Below, piece after piece: positions 1-11,056 of a stretch of 64,000 bases of DNA; position 1 is the first letter of the stretch; every line of letters starts with the position of its first letter. The notes beneath the pieces are model-generated. The model saw nothing but the letters and a program-made list of their open reading frames with translations, did no database searches and was not told where the DNA came from. Source of the DNA: Salpingoeca rosetta (taxonomy: Eukaryota > Protista > Choanoflagellata); contig JAWQFM010000008.1 in the NCBI GenBank assembly GCA_033442325.1, positions 372,001 through 436,000 of the forward strand. The letters are read 5' to 3'. Position numbers and translations under genes: made by a program.

Positions 1-552
1 TGCTTGCGTTTTCACGCCAGTCGACGGACACGACGGAATTGGTGGAGCGGGTACTGGCCACTGTTCTCCACCCAGAATACGAGCCGCCACGCACAACAGG
101 TTGGCAGTGTATTGCGGCTGGTTGTTGGGTTGTCAGCGCGAGCTATGTTGTGTGCTTGTATCTGTGCGTGTGTCTGTGTCTGTGTCTGTGTCTGTGCGTG
201 CTTCTGTCTATCATCGCCTGTGGCTATCTCAAATTGTGTGTGTGGTTTTTGCACATTTGCCCCTTTTTTCATCAGCTGTTACCGCCCCTCACCGATTTGC
301 GTCATTTACTCCCCTCCTCGTCGTGATTGCAGATACAGGCACTGCTCGCTATTCGCTTCTGTCACAGGAAGAGCTTATGCAGATCATCCCATCGGCACAG
401 GCCGCCTTTGCTGCCGTAAGCAGTCGCGTTTTGCTGACTGATGTTGCCCTGGCAACTGTATGCGTGCCAGTGTGTGCCAGTGTGCGTGATTGTGTGTGCC
501 CGTGTGTGTGTTTGTGTGTGTGTGTGTGTGTGTGCACACACACACACACACA

Positions 553-586
<34 letters not shown>

Positions 587-2810
587 GAGACTCTCTCTCT
601 CTCTCACANNNNNNNNNNNNNNNNNNNNNNNNNNNNNNNNNNNNNNNNNNNNNNNNNNNNNNNNNNNNNNNNNNNNNNNNNNNNNNNNNNNNNNNNNNNN
701 NNNNNNNNGATTGGATAGTTTGCGGCCGTTTGGGTTTTGTGTGTTGTGTGAGTGTGTGAGTTTGATCCAATGTGTGTGAGTGTGTGTGTGAGTGTGTGTG
801 TGTGTCAGTCAATGTGTGTGTGTGTGTGTGTGCACTGGTCGCGTCTATCGCTTCATGAGTCACGTGACCCCCCATCCATGTCTCGAGTCACAAACCCGCA
901 AGCTCACACACACACACACACACACACGCACATCTGTACGCACAAACGCGCATGCGCAGGATGAGACGGTCACCGCTGTGCCTGCGCCCGTGAAAGTGTT
1001 TGGGGACATCCACGGGCAACTGCACGACATGCTTGCCTTCTTCCGCATCTATGGTGTTCCCCACACCATCCACGGTGACATTCACTACATCTCCTACCTC
1101 TTCATCGGCGACTTTGTCGATCGCGGCTCCCACTCCCTCGAGGTGCGCCACTGTTGTTGTTTAAGTTGTTGTTGTTGTTGTTGTTGCTGCTGCTGCTGTG
1201 TATGGTGGTATCACCAACGTGTTTAAGTTGTTGTTGTTGTTGTTGTCGTTGTTGTTGTCGTTGTTGTTGTTGCTGCTGCTGTGTATGGTGGTATCACCAA
1301 CGTGTTAGCATTGATGTCGTGTATGCTTGATCACGACTCTCGTGCGTGTACACTGCTGCTGTTGCCTGTGGTTGCAGGTCATCACGCTGCTCATGTGTCT
1401 AAAGCTGCGGTACCCCAAGCGTGTGTTTCTCGTTCGAGGTGAGCGCGCGCGCGTGCAAAGAGAGCTCGCAACGCCACCCGCTGTGTGTGCCGCTGCTCAG
1501 CGTCACGTTGCTGTCTTCGTGGCCATCTTGGCATGTTTCCATCCGCCCACACCTGCCGTCATGGCTCTTCTCACATATGTGTATGTGTGTGCATGCAGGC
1601 AATCACGAGGACTCGTGGGTGAACAAGTTCTTTGGGTTCAGGGACGAGTGTTTGCAGCGGCTGCCTGATGGCGTCATTGTGTGGCAGATGATCAACAAGG
1701 TTTGAAGCCATGGGTTGACTCTTGTGTGTGTTCGTGTACGTGTGTGTGTGTGTGTGCGTGTGCGCATGTGTGTGCATGTGTGTGTGTCTGTGCCGCTTGT
1801 GCGTAAGAGTTGCACTGTCATCGTCCTCTGCTCACAACTTGATGAACCCTGACGATGATTGCTTGTATGCGTGCATGTTGGCAGTTGTTTGAGTACCTGC
1901 CGCTTGGCGCAGTTGTGGACGACTCCATCCTGTGCATTCACGGCGGCATTGGAAGGGTGCGCTCACACCACACTTGCGTGCCTGTGTGCTGTTGCAAGCG
2001 AGGGTGCAGTCGTCTCCATGATCAGTGCTTGTGTACTCTCGCCCAGCATGACCTGAATGAATATGCACCATATCCACACGCGCCCCATACACACACGCGC
2101 AGGATTTTCGGTCTTTGGAGGACCTGCGCCGGATCAAGCGTCCATTCCGCCCATCTGAGGGCGATGACACACACGAAATCCGCGTTGCGCGAGACGCACT
2201 CTGGTCCGACCCAACCGAGAGCGACGAGCACCTAGGTGTGTGTGTGTATGTGTGTTTGTGTGTGTGTGCGTGTGTGTGTGCATGGAGGTTTGTTTGCGCG
2301 TTCTTGCATGCATGCATGCAAGTACGGTGCGTGTCCTCGCAGTCTTGGAGCCGTTTTTATTATCTCTCATCCCTGACACACACACACACACACATACACA
2401 CACGCGCGTGACATTTGGTGTCATTGCAGGGCTGCACGCAAGCGCGACACGCGGTGCCACCATTGTGCAGTTTGGTCCAGACATGGTTCGCAACTTCCTT
2501 CGGGAAAACAGTCAGTTGGGGGGGGGGGGAGAGGAGTATGGCGAGATGTCACACATCACTTGGCCGGTTTCATTCTTTCATCTGCCATGTTTTAAATTCA
2601 TATGCGCCCCACTCCCAGTCTGCTGCAGCCATGGTTGTATGTGCGTTTCGTCGCTCGTGCTTTCTGTCATTGTTAACACGAGCCCTTGTGTGCCCGGTGT
2701 GTACAGACCTGCAGATGATTGTGCGGGCGCACCAGTGTGTCAAGGATGGCTATGAGTTCTTTGCCGGGCAGCAGCTGGTGACTGTCTTCTCCGCAACAAA
2801 CTACTGCGGC

Positions 2811-2897
<87 letters not shown>

Positions 2898-3068
2898 CTC
2901 TTTGTCAGGTGCCTGAAACTTTTGATACCCGTGTGCTACCCCACCCACGTCCCCTCACGGTCGTTCATTTGTTTTCGTGCATTTTACCTCTCAGGTTCGG
3001 GAACGATGCTGCTATGCTCGTTATCAACCGTGAGCTCAGCGTCGCTGTGCACGTCATCAAGCCAGACG

Positions 3069-3124
<56 letters not shown>

Positions 3125-3413
3125 TGTGCTTGTGTGTGTGTGTGTGTGTCCGCGCGCTTTTGTGTGCAGCCTTGTAGTCGTGCCCAATGCAATGTTTTAC
3201 TGTCTGCGTGTCTGATACGCTTTTTGTGCGCTGTCTTCTCACACATCTCGTGTGAATGTGCGCGGCGTGTGCGGCATACAGAGCTATCTTGGTCTGTCAT
3301 CGTGGCAGCCACGCCAGCCCAGCAGTCCCCTGCCCCCATCACTCTGTGGCGGCGATGAAGATGAAGCTCCACACACCGTCACAGGCGAATACCCTCCCTT
3401 CAGTCTCGACTGA
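1..3413 (+). CDS. PPP-family Ser/Thr phosphatase, BSU1/PPKL-like catalytic domain (5'-partial, multi-exon)
   Basis: Frame-consistent GT-AG exons <1-99, 333-415, 960-1142, 1378-1438, 1599-1699, 1885-1956, 2103-2235, 2430-2510, 2707-2812, 2995-3067, and a probable last exon 3282-3413. The product has GDIHGQ, GDFVDRG, RGNHE, HGGIG, LWSDP, RAHQ and FSATNYCG motifs. Confidence 0.9.
609..708. other. Assembly gap (100 N)
   Basis: N run flanked by CA/CT microsatellite, inside an intron. Confidence 0.99.
1149..1306 (+). repeat. Intronic tandem duplication of a (GTT/GCT)n + GTGTATGGTGGTATCACCAACGTGTT unit
   Basis: The unique ~26-nt core occurs twice (about 1198-1223 and 1281-1306), each time after a triplet repeat. 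Confidence 0.8.
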
Positions 3414-4422
3414 TCTGCCGTGTGTAGCTTCTTTGCTTGTTTGTTGGTGGTGATGCTGGTGCACGCTTGCGTGCGCGTGTGTTGGATGAGCGATTGCATG
3501 TTTGATGCGCTGTGGTGCGTGTATTTGTTTGTGTGAGGTGTGCGTTGTTGCATTCAGCTAGGTTCGGACCGGATAATGCCGTTGCAAACGGGTGTATTGT
3601 AATTGCCTGACGGTATGTGTGTGTGTGTATTTTAATGCATAATTGCACGTGATTTGTTGTGGTTCCTTGCTGCGTGCTGCCTTGCCTGTCTTTGGCGTGG
3701 TTGATTTGTTTGCACTGTTGGTTGAAAACACAAGTAAAGCGTGCTGGGAAGCTGATGGCAAGGCAGAGAAGATCCACACAAAAGAAACGGTGTACAGTAC
3801 ACTACGTCGCCAAGACAGCAGTCTTTCGCTGAGCACAAACGCCCAAACACTTGCGCAAAGGGGGCGGGTTGAATTCGAGGGGAAGAATAAGAAAACTACA
3901 TCACACAAACATCCCGACGACGCGACGGCGACAGCGGCACCACTGTCTTACCTTGCAGTCAAGCACTTTGACCCGCTCGCCCGCTGGGTTGTCAAAGCAA
4001 GCGAGCGCACTTCAATGTCGGGGGTTGTGCGCGTTTGAACGTGTGGCAATACATTCGCACACGTGCTTGCTCGACTTGCAGCAGATGTGACGGTGGCCGA
4101 GTAAACACTGTTGGTGAGCGGCGTTGTTGTTGTTGTTGTTGTGTTGTTGTGTATGTGTGTGCGATTGATTGTAGGAGGATTCACGGCGTAGGGCCATTTA
4201 ATGCAGCACAATTCACACACATAACACGAAGAACACACTGCTCGAGGGTCGCTTTAAAGAGAGGGAAGCAACCATCATCGTCTCCAGCCCCACAACCAAC
4301 ACACACACACACACACACACACATATCCATCCAAAACAACGCACACACATGAACCCTTCTCGCACTCATACACACACGTGCGCGCTCTCCCACTCTGTCC
4401 AAGCCAAACACCCACACCCACA

Positions 4423-4522
4423 NNNNNNNNNNNNNNNNNNNNNNNNNNNNNNNNNNNNNNNNNNNNNNNNNNNNNNNNNNNNNNNNNNNNNNNNNNNNNN
4501 NNNNNNNNNNNNNNNNNNNNNN
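4423..4522. other. Assembly gap (100 N)
   Basis: N run. Confidence 0.99.
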
Positions 4523-4543
4523 ACCACACGCAGCGCACTCCAT

Positions 4544-7207
4544 TTAGAAGTACGCGCAAGCAATGTGCTGCATAATGTTGCGCAGCAGTGCTGCTGTCTC
4601 CTTCTTCTTGTCGTCGTCGCTCTTGTCCTGCAGCGCTGCTGTCTCCTTCTTCTTGTCGTCCTTGTCCAGCTTGTCCTGCAGTGCTGCTGTCTCCTTCTTC
4701 TTGTCGTCGTCGCTCTTGTCCTGCAGCGCTGCTGTCTCCTTCTTCTTGTCGTCCTTGTCCAGCTTGTCCTGCAGTGCTGCTGTCTCCTTCTTCTTGTCGT
4801 CGTCGCTCTTGTCCTGCAGCGCTGCTGTCTCCTTCTTCTCGTCCTTGTCCAACTTGGTCAACTTGGCCTCCAGCCACTGCAACAGGAACGCCTTGCCCTC
4901 AAGCAACCGGTACATGGCATCGGAGAGAGAAGTAGAGGAGAATACGTATGCAAACAGCAGCGATTCCCAATCCAGAACAACTTTTGCAGGAATCGCTTCT
5001 GCGTCGTGATGCAGCAGCCACTTGCGAGGGCGCTCCCGCAGCCGCGTGGAGTAAGATTCGGGAAGCGACGAAGGGGGGGTCTGTGCTTCATCCCGCGAGC
5101 GAGCCTTGCAGAGGAAACCAAAGTCGACGATGCAGCCGTTGCGCAGGATGTTGTGCGAGCGAATGTCACGGTGACAAAGATCCCGTTTCGACAAGCGGAG
5201 GAGGTACTCAGCAGCGGCCGCAAGCCCCGCTTCGTCCTTGATGCCCGTGCCATGAAGCGCCTTCTTGCCGTCGGTGCCCGCGCCCGTTATATGATTCGAT
5301 AGGTCGGGACAGGCAAACACGGGGCGTGACCGCTCGTGCACTTTCACCGTTTCCTCTGGATAGACGAGTTCCCAGCCCTCCCGTTCGTTGCTAGCCTCCT
5401 TGGCAGCGCCAATCTCGTGGCCGCCGCACACTTTCAACACCTCGCCGTTCACCAATGCAACCGTGACCGTATCCTCATCGCCTTTGTAGACGCACATCTC
5501 GTATCTCGTGGCAACTTTGGCAGACCTCGCCCGTGCTGCTTTTGTGACCGCAAGCTGCTGACGCTGATGCCCCTCCTTGCCGTTGTCTGCTGTGTCGGTC
5601 TGCGTGGCTGCCTTGTCGCGCTCTTCCTCATTCTGCACACCCCCATCAGCGCTATCGTTGGTGCCGCCGTTGCCACTGTTACTGTTGTCGCTCGCACCAC
5701 CGCTAGCTGCGGATGAATCTCTGTTGTCTCCGTGCTCCGGAATGGAGGTGAGACCGCTCCCCTTTCCCTGTGCCATGGCGTATGTGTGTGTGTGTGTGTG
5801 CGAGTGCGGAAGTGAGTATCATTGTTGATTGTTGAACGAAAGAAAGACGATACACGCACGCACACAGGATTTGTGTGTGCATATGCGTTTGTGTGCGAGG
5901 TGTGTCATGATGGCAGAATACCAAGGCAGCAAGCGAGCAAGACAGCAAGAAGACAAGCAGACAACAGAGTAAGTGGGCATCAAGTCACGCCTGCGACGGC
6001 TACCTGGGCAATGGCGGAAATATTCTCGTAATGCGCCATGTGCTCTTCGTCAAGCAGCCACGCAATGACATTCCCGAGTTTCTCCAACTAAAGTCCACAG
6101 CACAGGAAACCAATGTGAGCGCAGCGTCCAACGTGAATTAGCAGTATACAAGGCAACAGCCAGTCGACAGCAACTGCACATGCACACGTGCAGGAGCATG
6201 TGCCACACACACACACACACACAACGCACACCCTTCTTCTCTGTTCGCACATGCGGTGGCAACTCACTTTGGTGTCGCAAAGTTTTGTGTGGAGGACGCT
6301 GGGAAAGGCCTCCTTGCCGTGCACCTCATCGCCCAGCGTGCACGCGTACACGGACACGTTCTGCCCGCAGACGGTGATGGCAAAGGGAAACAAATACCCT
6401 TTCAAGTCACGCCACTCCGGCCCTGCAGACTTGATGGCCCGTGATGCGTACTCCAGCACCTGCGCCTTGGCAGCATCCTGTGTCGGCTCGCTGTCATCGG
6501 TCTTGAGCTCAAGCAACAGCGGGTAGAAGTCAAGGTTTGACATCAGACGCACAACATAGTCGGCGACAACAGCGGTGTCGGCCTCAAATGATGCATGGCT
6601 CTTGACGTCCACTTTTGCATCACCACAAGCCTTGAGCAGAGGTATCTTCATGCGGTCGTTGAACCGCGTCTCTGGCGTGCAAAATACGCCAGAAAAGCCT
6701 GCAGTGCGGTGGGCGTGCATGGTGCAGCGTTGGTGTGAGCGACAGAGAGACATCCCCTCAACGCTAGCACACCCGCGCACGAGCGCCAAAGACTCAACCA
6801 CCATGCATCAGCACCGACACACACACACACACACGCACACATGCCACGTTCTCTCGTGGAAAGGACGCTCACATGTGCACGTGTACACAGCAAGCAAGCA
6901 CATGCTCGACAACGACCTTACCCGTGTTTGTGCCCTCATCGACTGCCCGTTGAAACCCTTTGTTGTGCAGGTGCCAGTTGGGGCACAAGAGCTCGGCAGA
7001 GAACGGCTGCGAATAGACTGTTCTGTGGGCCGAATCCTTGTCCTTCTCCTTCTCCTTGGCAGCGCTGCTGGGGGTCACGCTTGACTCCAAATCTGCCACG
7101 AACCACATCAAACAGCCAATATGAGTTCAAAACAACCCGCAAGCAACGTGTCAGTCAACCAGGGTGCTCATGCACAGGGCTGCTCGCAGTAATCTAACAA
7201 CACCGAT

Positions 7208-7255
<48 letters not shown>

Positions 7256-8093
7256 GCATCAGCCCATTTGGTCACGCAGCCGCACATGAAAGGCTGAGTG
7301 AGACAGGCGCACCTTGTCGAAACTGCCGTTGCTCTTCGGACAGCCCTTTGCGTGTCACATTGTCAAGCTCCAGAAGGAACCCTTCCGCAACCTTCAAGGG
7401 CACCTGTGGCGTCGGCGTCTTTTTCTCATCCAGCACACTGCGGACTTGCTGGAGCAAGTTCTTGATGTTTTCCGTGTAGGGCTGCTTCAGCATGCTGTCG
7501 ACATAATTCTTTGCCTTGGGTGCGTTGTCGAGAGGGCCGGGTGAACCGATTTCGATCCCATGCCGGCCTGCAATTGTGCTGATCTGCTCGGCGAAGGCGC
7601 GGTATGATCGCTTGCAGTCTTGCAGAGTGCCCCCCAAAAGGCTCTCGTACTCTTTCATTGCTGCTTGCAGATATGCGCGCGCAAGCACAGCAGCCTGAAA
7701 GAAAAGAGGGCGGGTCGATTGAACGAAGTACAGCAGGTGCCCACAAAGTGAGATTATGGCTGGTGTGCACGTAGACAATTTTGGCGCCAAGAGGGTGTTG
7801 ATGATGTTTCCCCACCTGACACACACCCACACACCCACACACATATGCACACACACACGCACACACATGCACACAAACATACACACAGGTGCACACACTC
7901 ACACATACATAGGTGAGCACACTCACACATACACAGGTGCGCACATGTACATGCACATAACCATACACTCATACACGCGCCCTCTCGGGCTATCGCCACA
8001 CGTTCGCACACAACCCAAACAATAACTCACGTCGTTTGTCGACAGGCTTGTGATGTCAGACTCTTTGGTTTTCCTCTTTTGAGAGGTGGACAT
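4544..8093 (-). CDS. Crinkler/RHS-type effector-like protein: helical N-terminus, PD-(D/E)xK REase-like domain, low-complexity linker, divergent fungal-type (FunK1-like) protein kinase, tandem-repeat tail
   Basis: Phase-consistent exons 8093-8031, 7694-7313, 7092-6922, 6698-6268, 6087-6004, 5767-4544. REase-like: ADYVV...PLLLELK...AKAQVLEY. Kinase: VLKV..E, HRDIRSHNIL, IVDFG, DWESLLF. Confidence 0.7.
4586..4851 (-). repeat. Coding tandem repeat with a 93-bp higher-order unit (15-aa and 16-aa subunits, six ETAAL copies)
   Basis: CAGTGCTGCTGTCTCC recurs at 4586, 4679 and 4772. The protein alternates KKKETAALQDKSDDD and KKKETAALQDKLDKDD. Confidence 0.95.
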
Positions 8094-8312
8094 TGCGGTA
8101 CTGTTGTTTGAATCCTCTCCCTTGCATCGTGCATCATGTGCGTGTGTGTGCGTGTGTGTGTGCAGGCGTACATGTGTGAGAAACAAAAAGCGCGCGCATT
8201 TGTGCTAGCAGGCAAGTGCTTCGACAACAAGTGATGCTGGGCCGTCACGTTGCACACGCTGCGTGCGCTGCAACGCACGTTTGAACGGCTCCCTCTCCAT
8301 CGCTTGCTCAGC

Positions 8313-8412
8313 NNNNNNNNNNNNNNNNNNNNNNNNNNNNNNNNNNNNNNNNNNNNNNNNNNNNNNNNNNNNNNNNNNNNNNNNNNNNNNNNNNNNNNNN
8401 NNNNNNNNNNNN
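8313..8412. other. Assembly gap (100 N)
   Basis: N run. Confidence 0.99.
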
Positions 8413-8656
8413 CGAAGCCTGCCCGGCTGTCATCTGAGTGTCTGCGATGTCTGTTGTCTGTCGCGGGCGGTGGTAGCAGTTGATGTTGGTGGTGTTTCGT
8501 TTTTGAAAATCGAGCGAGGGAAAATGGCAAACCACAGGCGAAAAAATGATGATGATATACATGATTCCTCGGCAACAGCAGTTGTCTGCTTTGCTGTGGG
8601 CGTAACTGTCGTCGGCGGACTGTCTGTCTCTGTCTTGTCTCTGTATGGGCACGGCC

Positions 8657-9670
8657 ATGGTTCGACGTGCATCGATGTGCCGCAGAGGTGCTGTGGTGGC
8701 TGTTCTTGTCGCTATTGCTGCTGCTGCTGCTGCTGCTGCTGCTGTGCTCATGGCTGCACCCGCAGCTGCCGAGAACAACCACCACCACCATCACTCTTCC
8801 GACGACGACCACCACAACAGCTGCAGTAACAGCAACTTAACAAGTGCACTGTCAGCAACTTGAACAACAACAAGAACACCCGCGTTTGCGCAGGTGCGGA
8901 GCCGACATCCATGCGCAGCCTCGTTTGCTGAGTATAACGGCGGAGTGCGACGCAAATTGCTGCTGTGATCCGTCATGCACGACGCTGGTGAAAGCGCGCT
9001 TTGCCTACTGCAACACGCCAGACATCAAGCCCTGGCGCAGGTGCGTGTACGATGACTTCTTCGTCACCAACGAGGGCAGGAACCAGGCCATCCAAGCAGC
9101 AGAGGGCAGCAGCATCGCGTGCGTGCTGGTCGACAACACAAATGACCGCATCTCGTTCAGGGAGCCGCGCACGCCGCTCAATGACGCCGCGTTCCAGGCA
9201 TTCGCAGACGTTGCACGCCCCCGCCCCATATCCTTCAGCCTCGAGACGCTGCAGTACACGCCGGAGGAGGCCATCTTCATCCCGCCACGCAACACCATCC
9301 CACGCCAAGACCCTTTCCCCTTTTACGTCACGTATGGCGCGATCGTGTACATCACGCAGGACAGCACGACGCTCACACCGCTGCCTTTTCCCGCCGACAC
9401 GCTGCAGGAAGGGGGGTGCACCACGCAATCCAACGCGCGTCTTTGCGTCCGCGCCAGGCACGTGCACCCGCATCATCCCAGCGGCAGACGATGCCGAGCG
9501 TGTTCGGGCGATGTGCAGTCCTGGTGGCGACCTTGATGTACCGGTCCCGACAGACGCCGCGGTCCTTGCAACATACACAGGCATCACAACCAACATCCAA
9601 ATCATTTACAGTCAGTCGAGACCTTGGGAAGGAGGAGGGAGGAAGTGGGAAGTGATGTGGTGTTGTGTGT

Positions 9671-9720
<50 letters not shown>

Positions 9721-10390
9721 TGTGTGGGTGTGGGTGTGGGTGTGGGTGTGGGTGTGGGTGTGGGTGTTGTGTGTGAGGAGTGTTTGGTGTGTGTGTGTGT
9801 ATGAGTGTCTCATTGTCTGTGACTTCACCTGACCTCACATGACCCCGCATGACATTTTCCCGCCCTTGCTTTGCCTTTACAGGTGGATGTGATGGTGATT
9901 GCACCATCCGTTACAACGCATCCACCCAACGCTGCATCAACGCTGTGCAAAAGGTGTCGTGTATGTCTCTGTGCTGTGTGCTGCGTGTCTGTGTGCTGTG
10001 CCTCTGTGTGTGTATGTGCTGTGTGTGCATGCGCGTGTCTCTCTCTCCGCCCTTTGTTTCCGTCCTTCCCCTCTGTGTGTGCGCCTTCCCTCGTTGCGCC
10101 TTGCTGCCAACACCATCCCTCCATTGCTGCACGGCCCCTGGTGCCAGGTCGAGTACACCATCCAGCTTGGCCTCACTACCATCTCCTCCCTCAATGTTGC
10201 CGTGACCGTCGCTTCCTTTGACGCCTCGGCTACACTTCACTTGTCACCTTGGTACGGGCCCAAGCGAAACTGTCTCTGCAGAATAAAAATCAATTATTTT
10301 CTGGCGAATTTCAATGGCGGAGAAGGCAAACAACAACAACCAACCAACAACCAACCAACAACCAGCAGCAACCAGCGCAGCAGCGCTTGA
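8657..10390 (+). pseudogene. Tectonic-like (TCTN family) ciliary transition-zone gene, apparently frameshifted and 3'-truncated
   Basis: Signal-peptide-like start, Tectonic signature ECDANCCCDPSC...RFAYC...IACV, and later RCINAVQK|VEYTI...V.V. There is a +1 frame change near 9435 with no visible intron, and no RSGNPGY motif or C-terminal half. The family call is fairly firm; pseudogene status is uncertain. Confidence 0.6.
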
Positions 10391-10603
10391 CCAAGCTGCC
10401 TGCCGTCCCCTCCTTCATCCCCTTCGTCCCCGTGTCTTCTTGAACCGCACGCGTGTGGAGTCACCGTGTGACCTTGGGACGGCGCAGACGACAGGGTGTT
10501 GCTCAAGAACACGCAGCAGGAAAACAGCAGAAAGCGTCGCGAACGCCGTGGACTTGGCGATTGCCAGTGACGGCGGTTGCCACGCACGTAGCGATTGGCG
10601 GGG

Positions 10604-10946
10604 ATGATGTCCCGCTCCAATACAGGTGAGGTCCGCTTTGGCCGTGTGTGCGACAGGCGGTGTGGTGATGTGTAGCCTGTGGTGGTTGCGTGTCGTGGTA
10701 CACGCTTTGGCTGCCTCATTGCTGCTGTGGTTAATGCAACTGCCGTCATTGATACAGCTATGCTTCCCCCTCTCATCCAACACACACGCACGCACGCACA
10801 CACACACATACACGCACCCTCTCACCCAACACACACACACACATATCCTCTCACCCAACACACACACACATCCTCTCACCCAAACACACACACATACACA
10901 TACACCCACGTACCTACACACACACGCACACCACACCCACTCACAT

Positions 10947-10984
<38 letters not shown>

Positions 10985-11017
10985 GCACACACACACACAC
11001 GCACACACACACACACG

Positions 11018-11056
<39 letters not shown>

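Noticed and set aside
3420-4420. Short ORFs and a strong minus-strand donor near 3950
   Set aside because: No coherent exon chain or recognisable product; likely UTR or intergenic
4586-4851. CRISPR-like array
   Set aside because: No unique spacers; it is an in-frame coding tandem repeat in a eukaryotic gene
4544-5776. Kinase ORF as a stand-alone gene starting at ATG 5776
   Set aside because: A CAG acceptor at 5770-5768 joins in phase to the upstream exons, so the multi-exon model is preferred (not proven)
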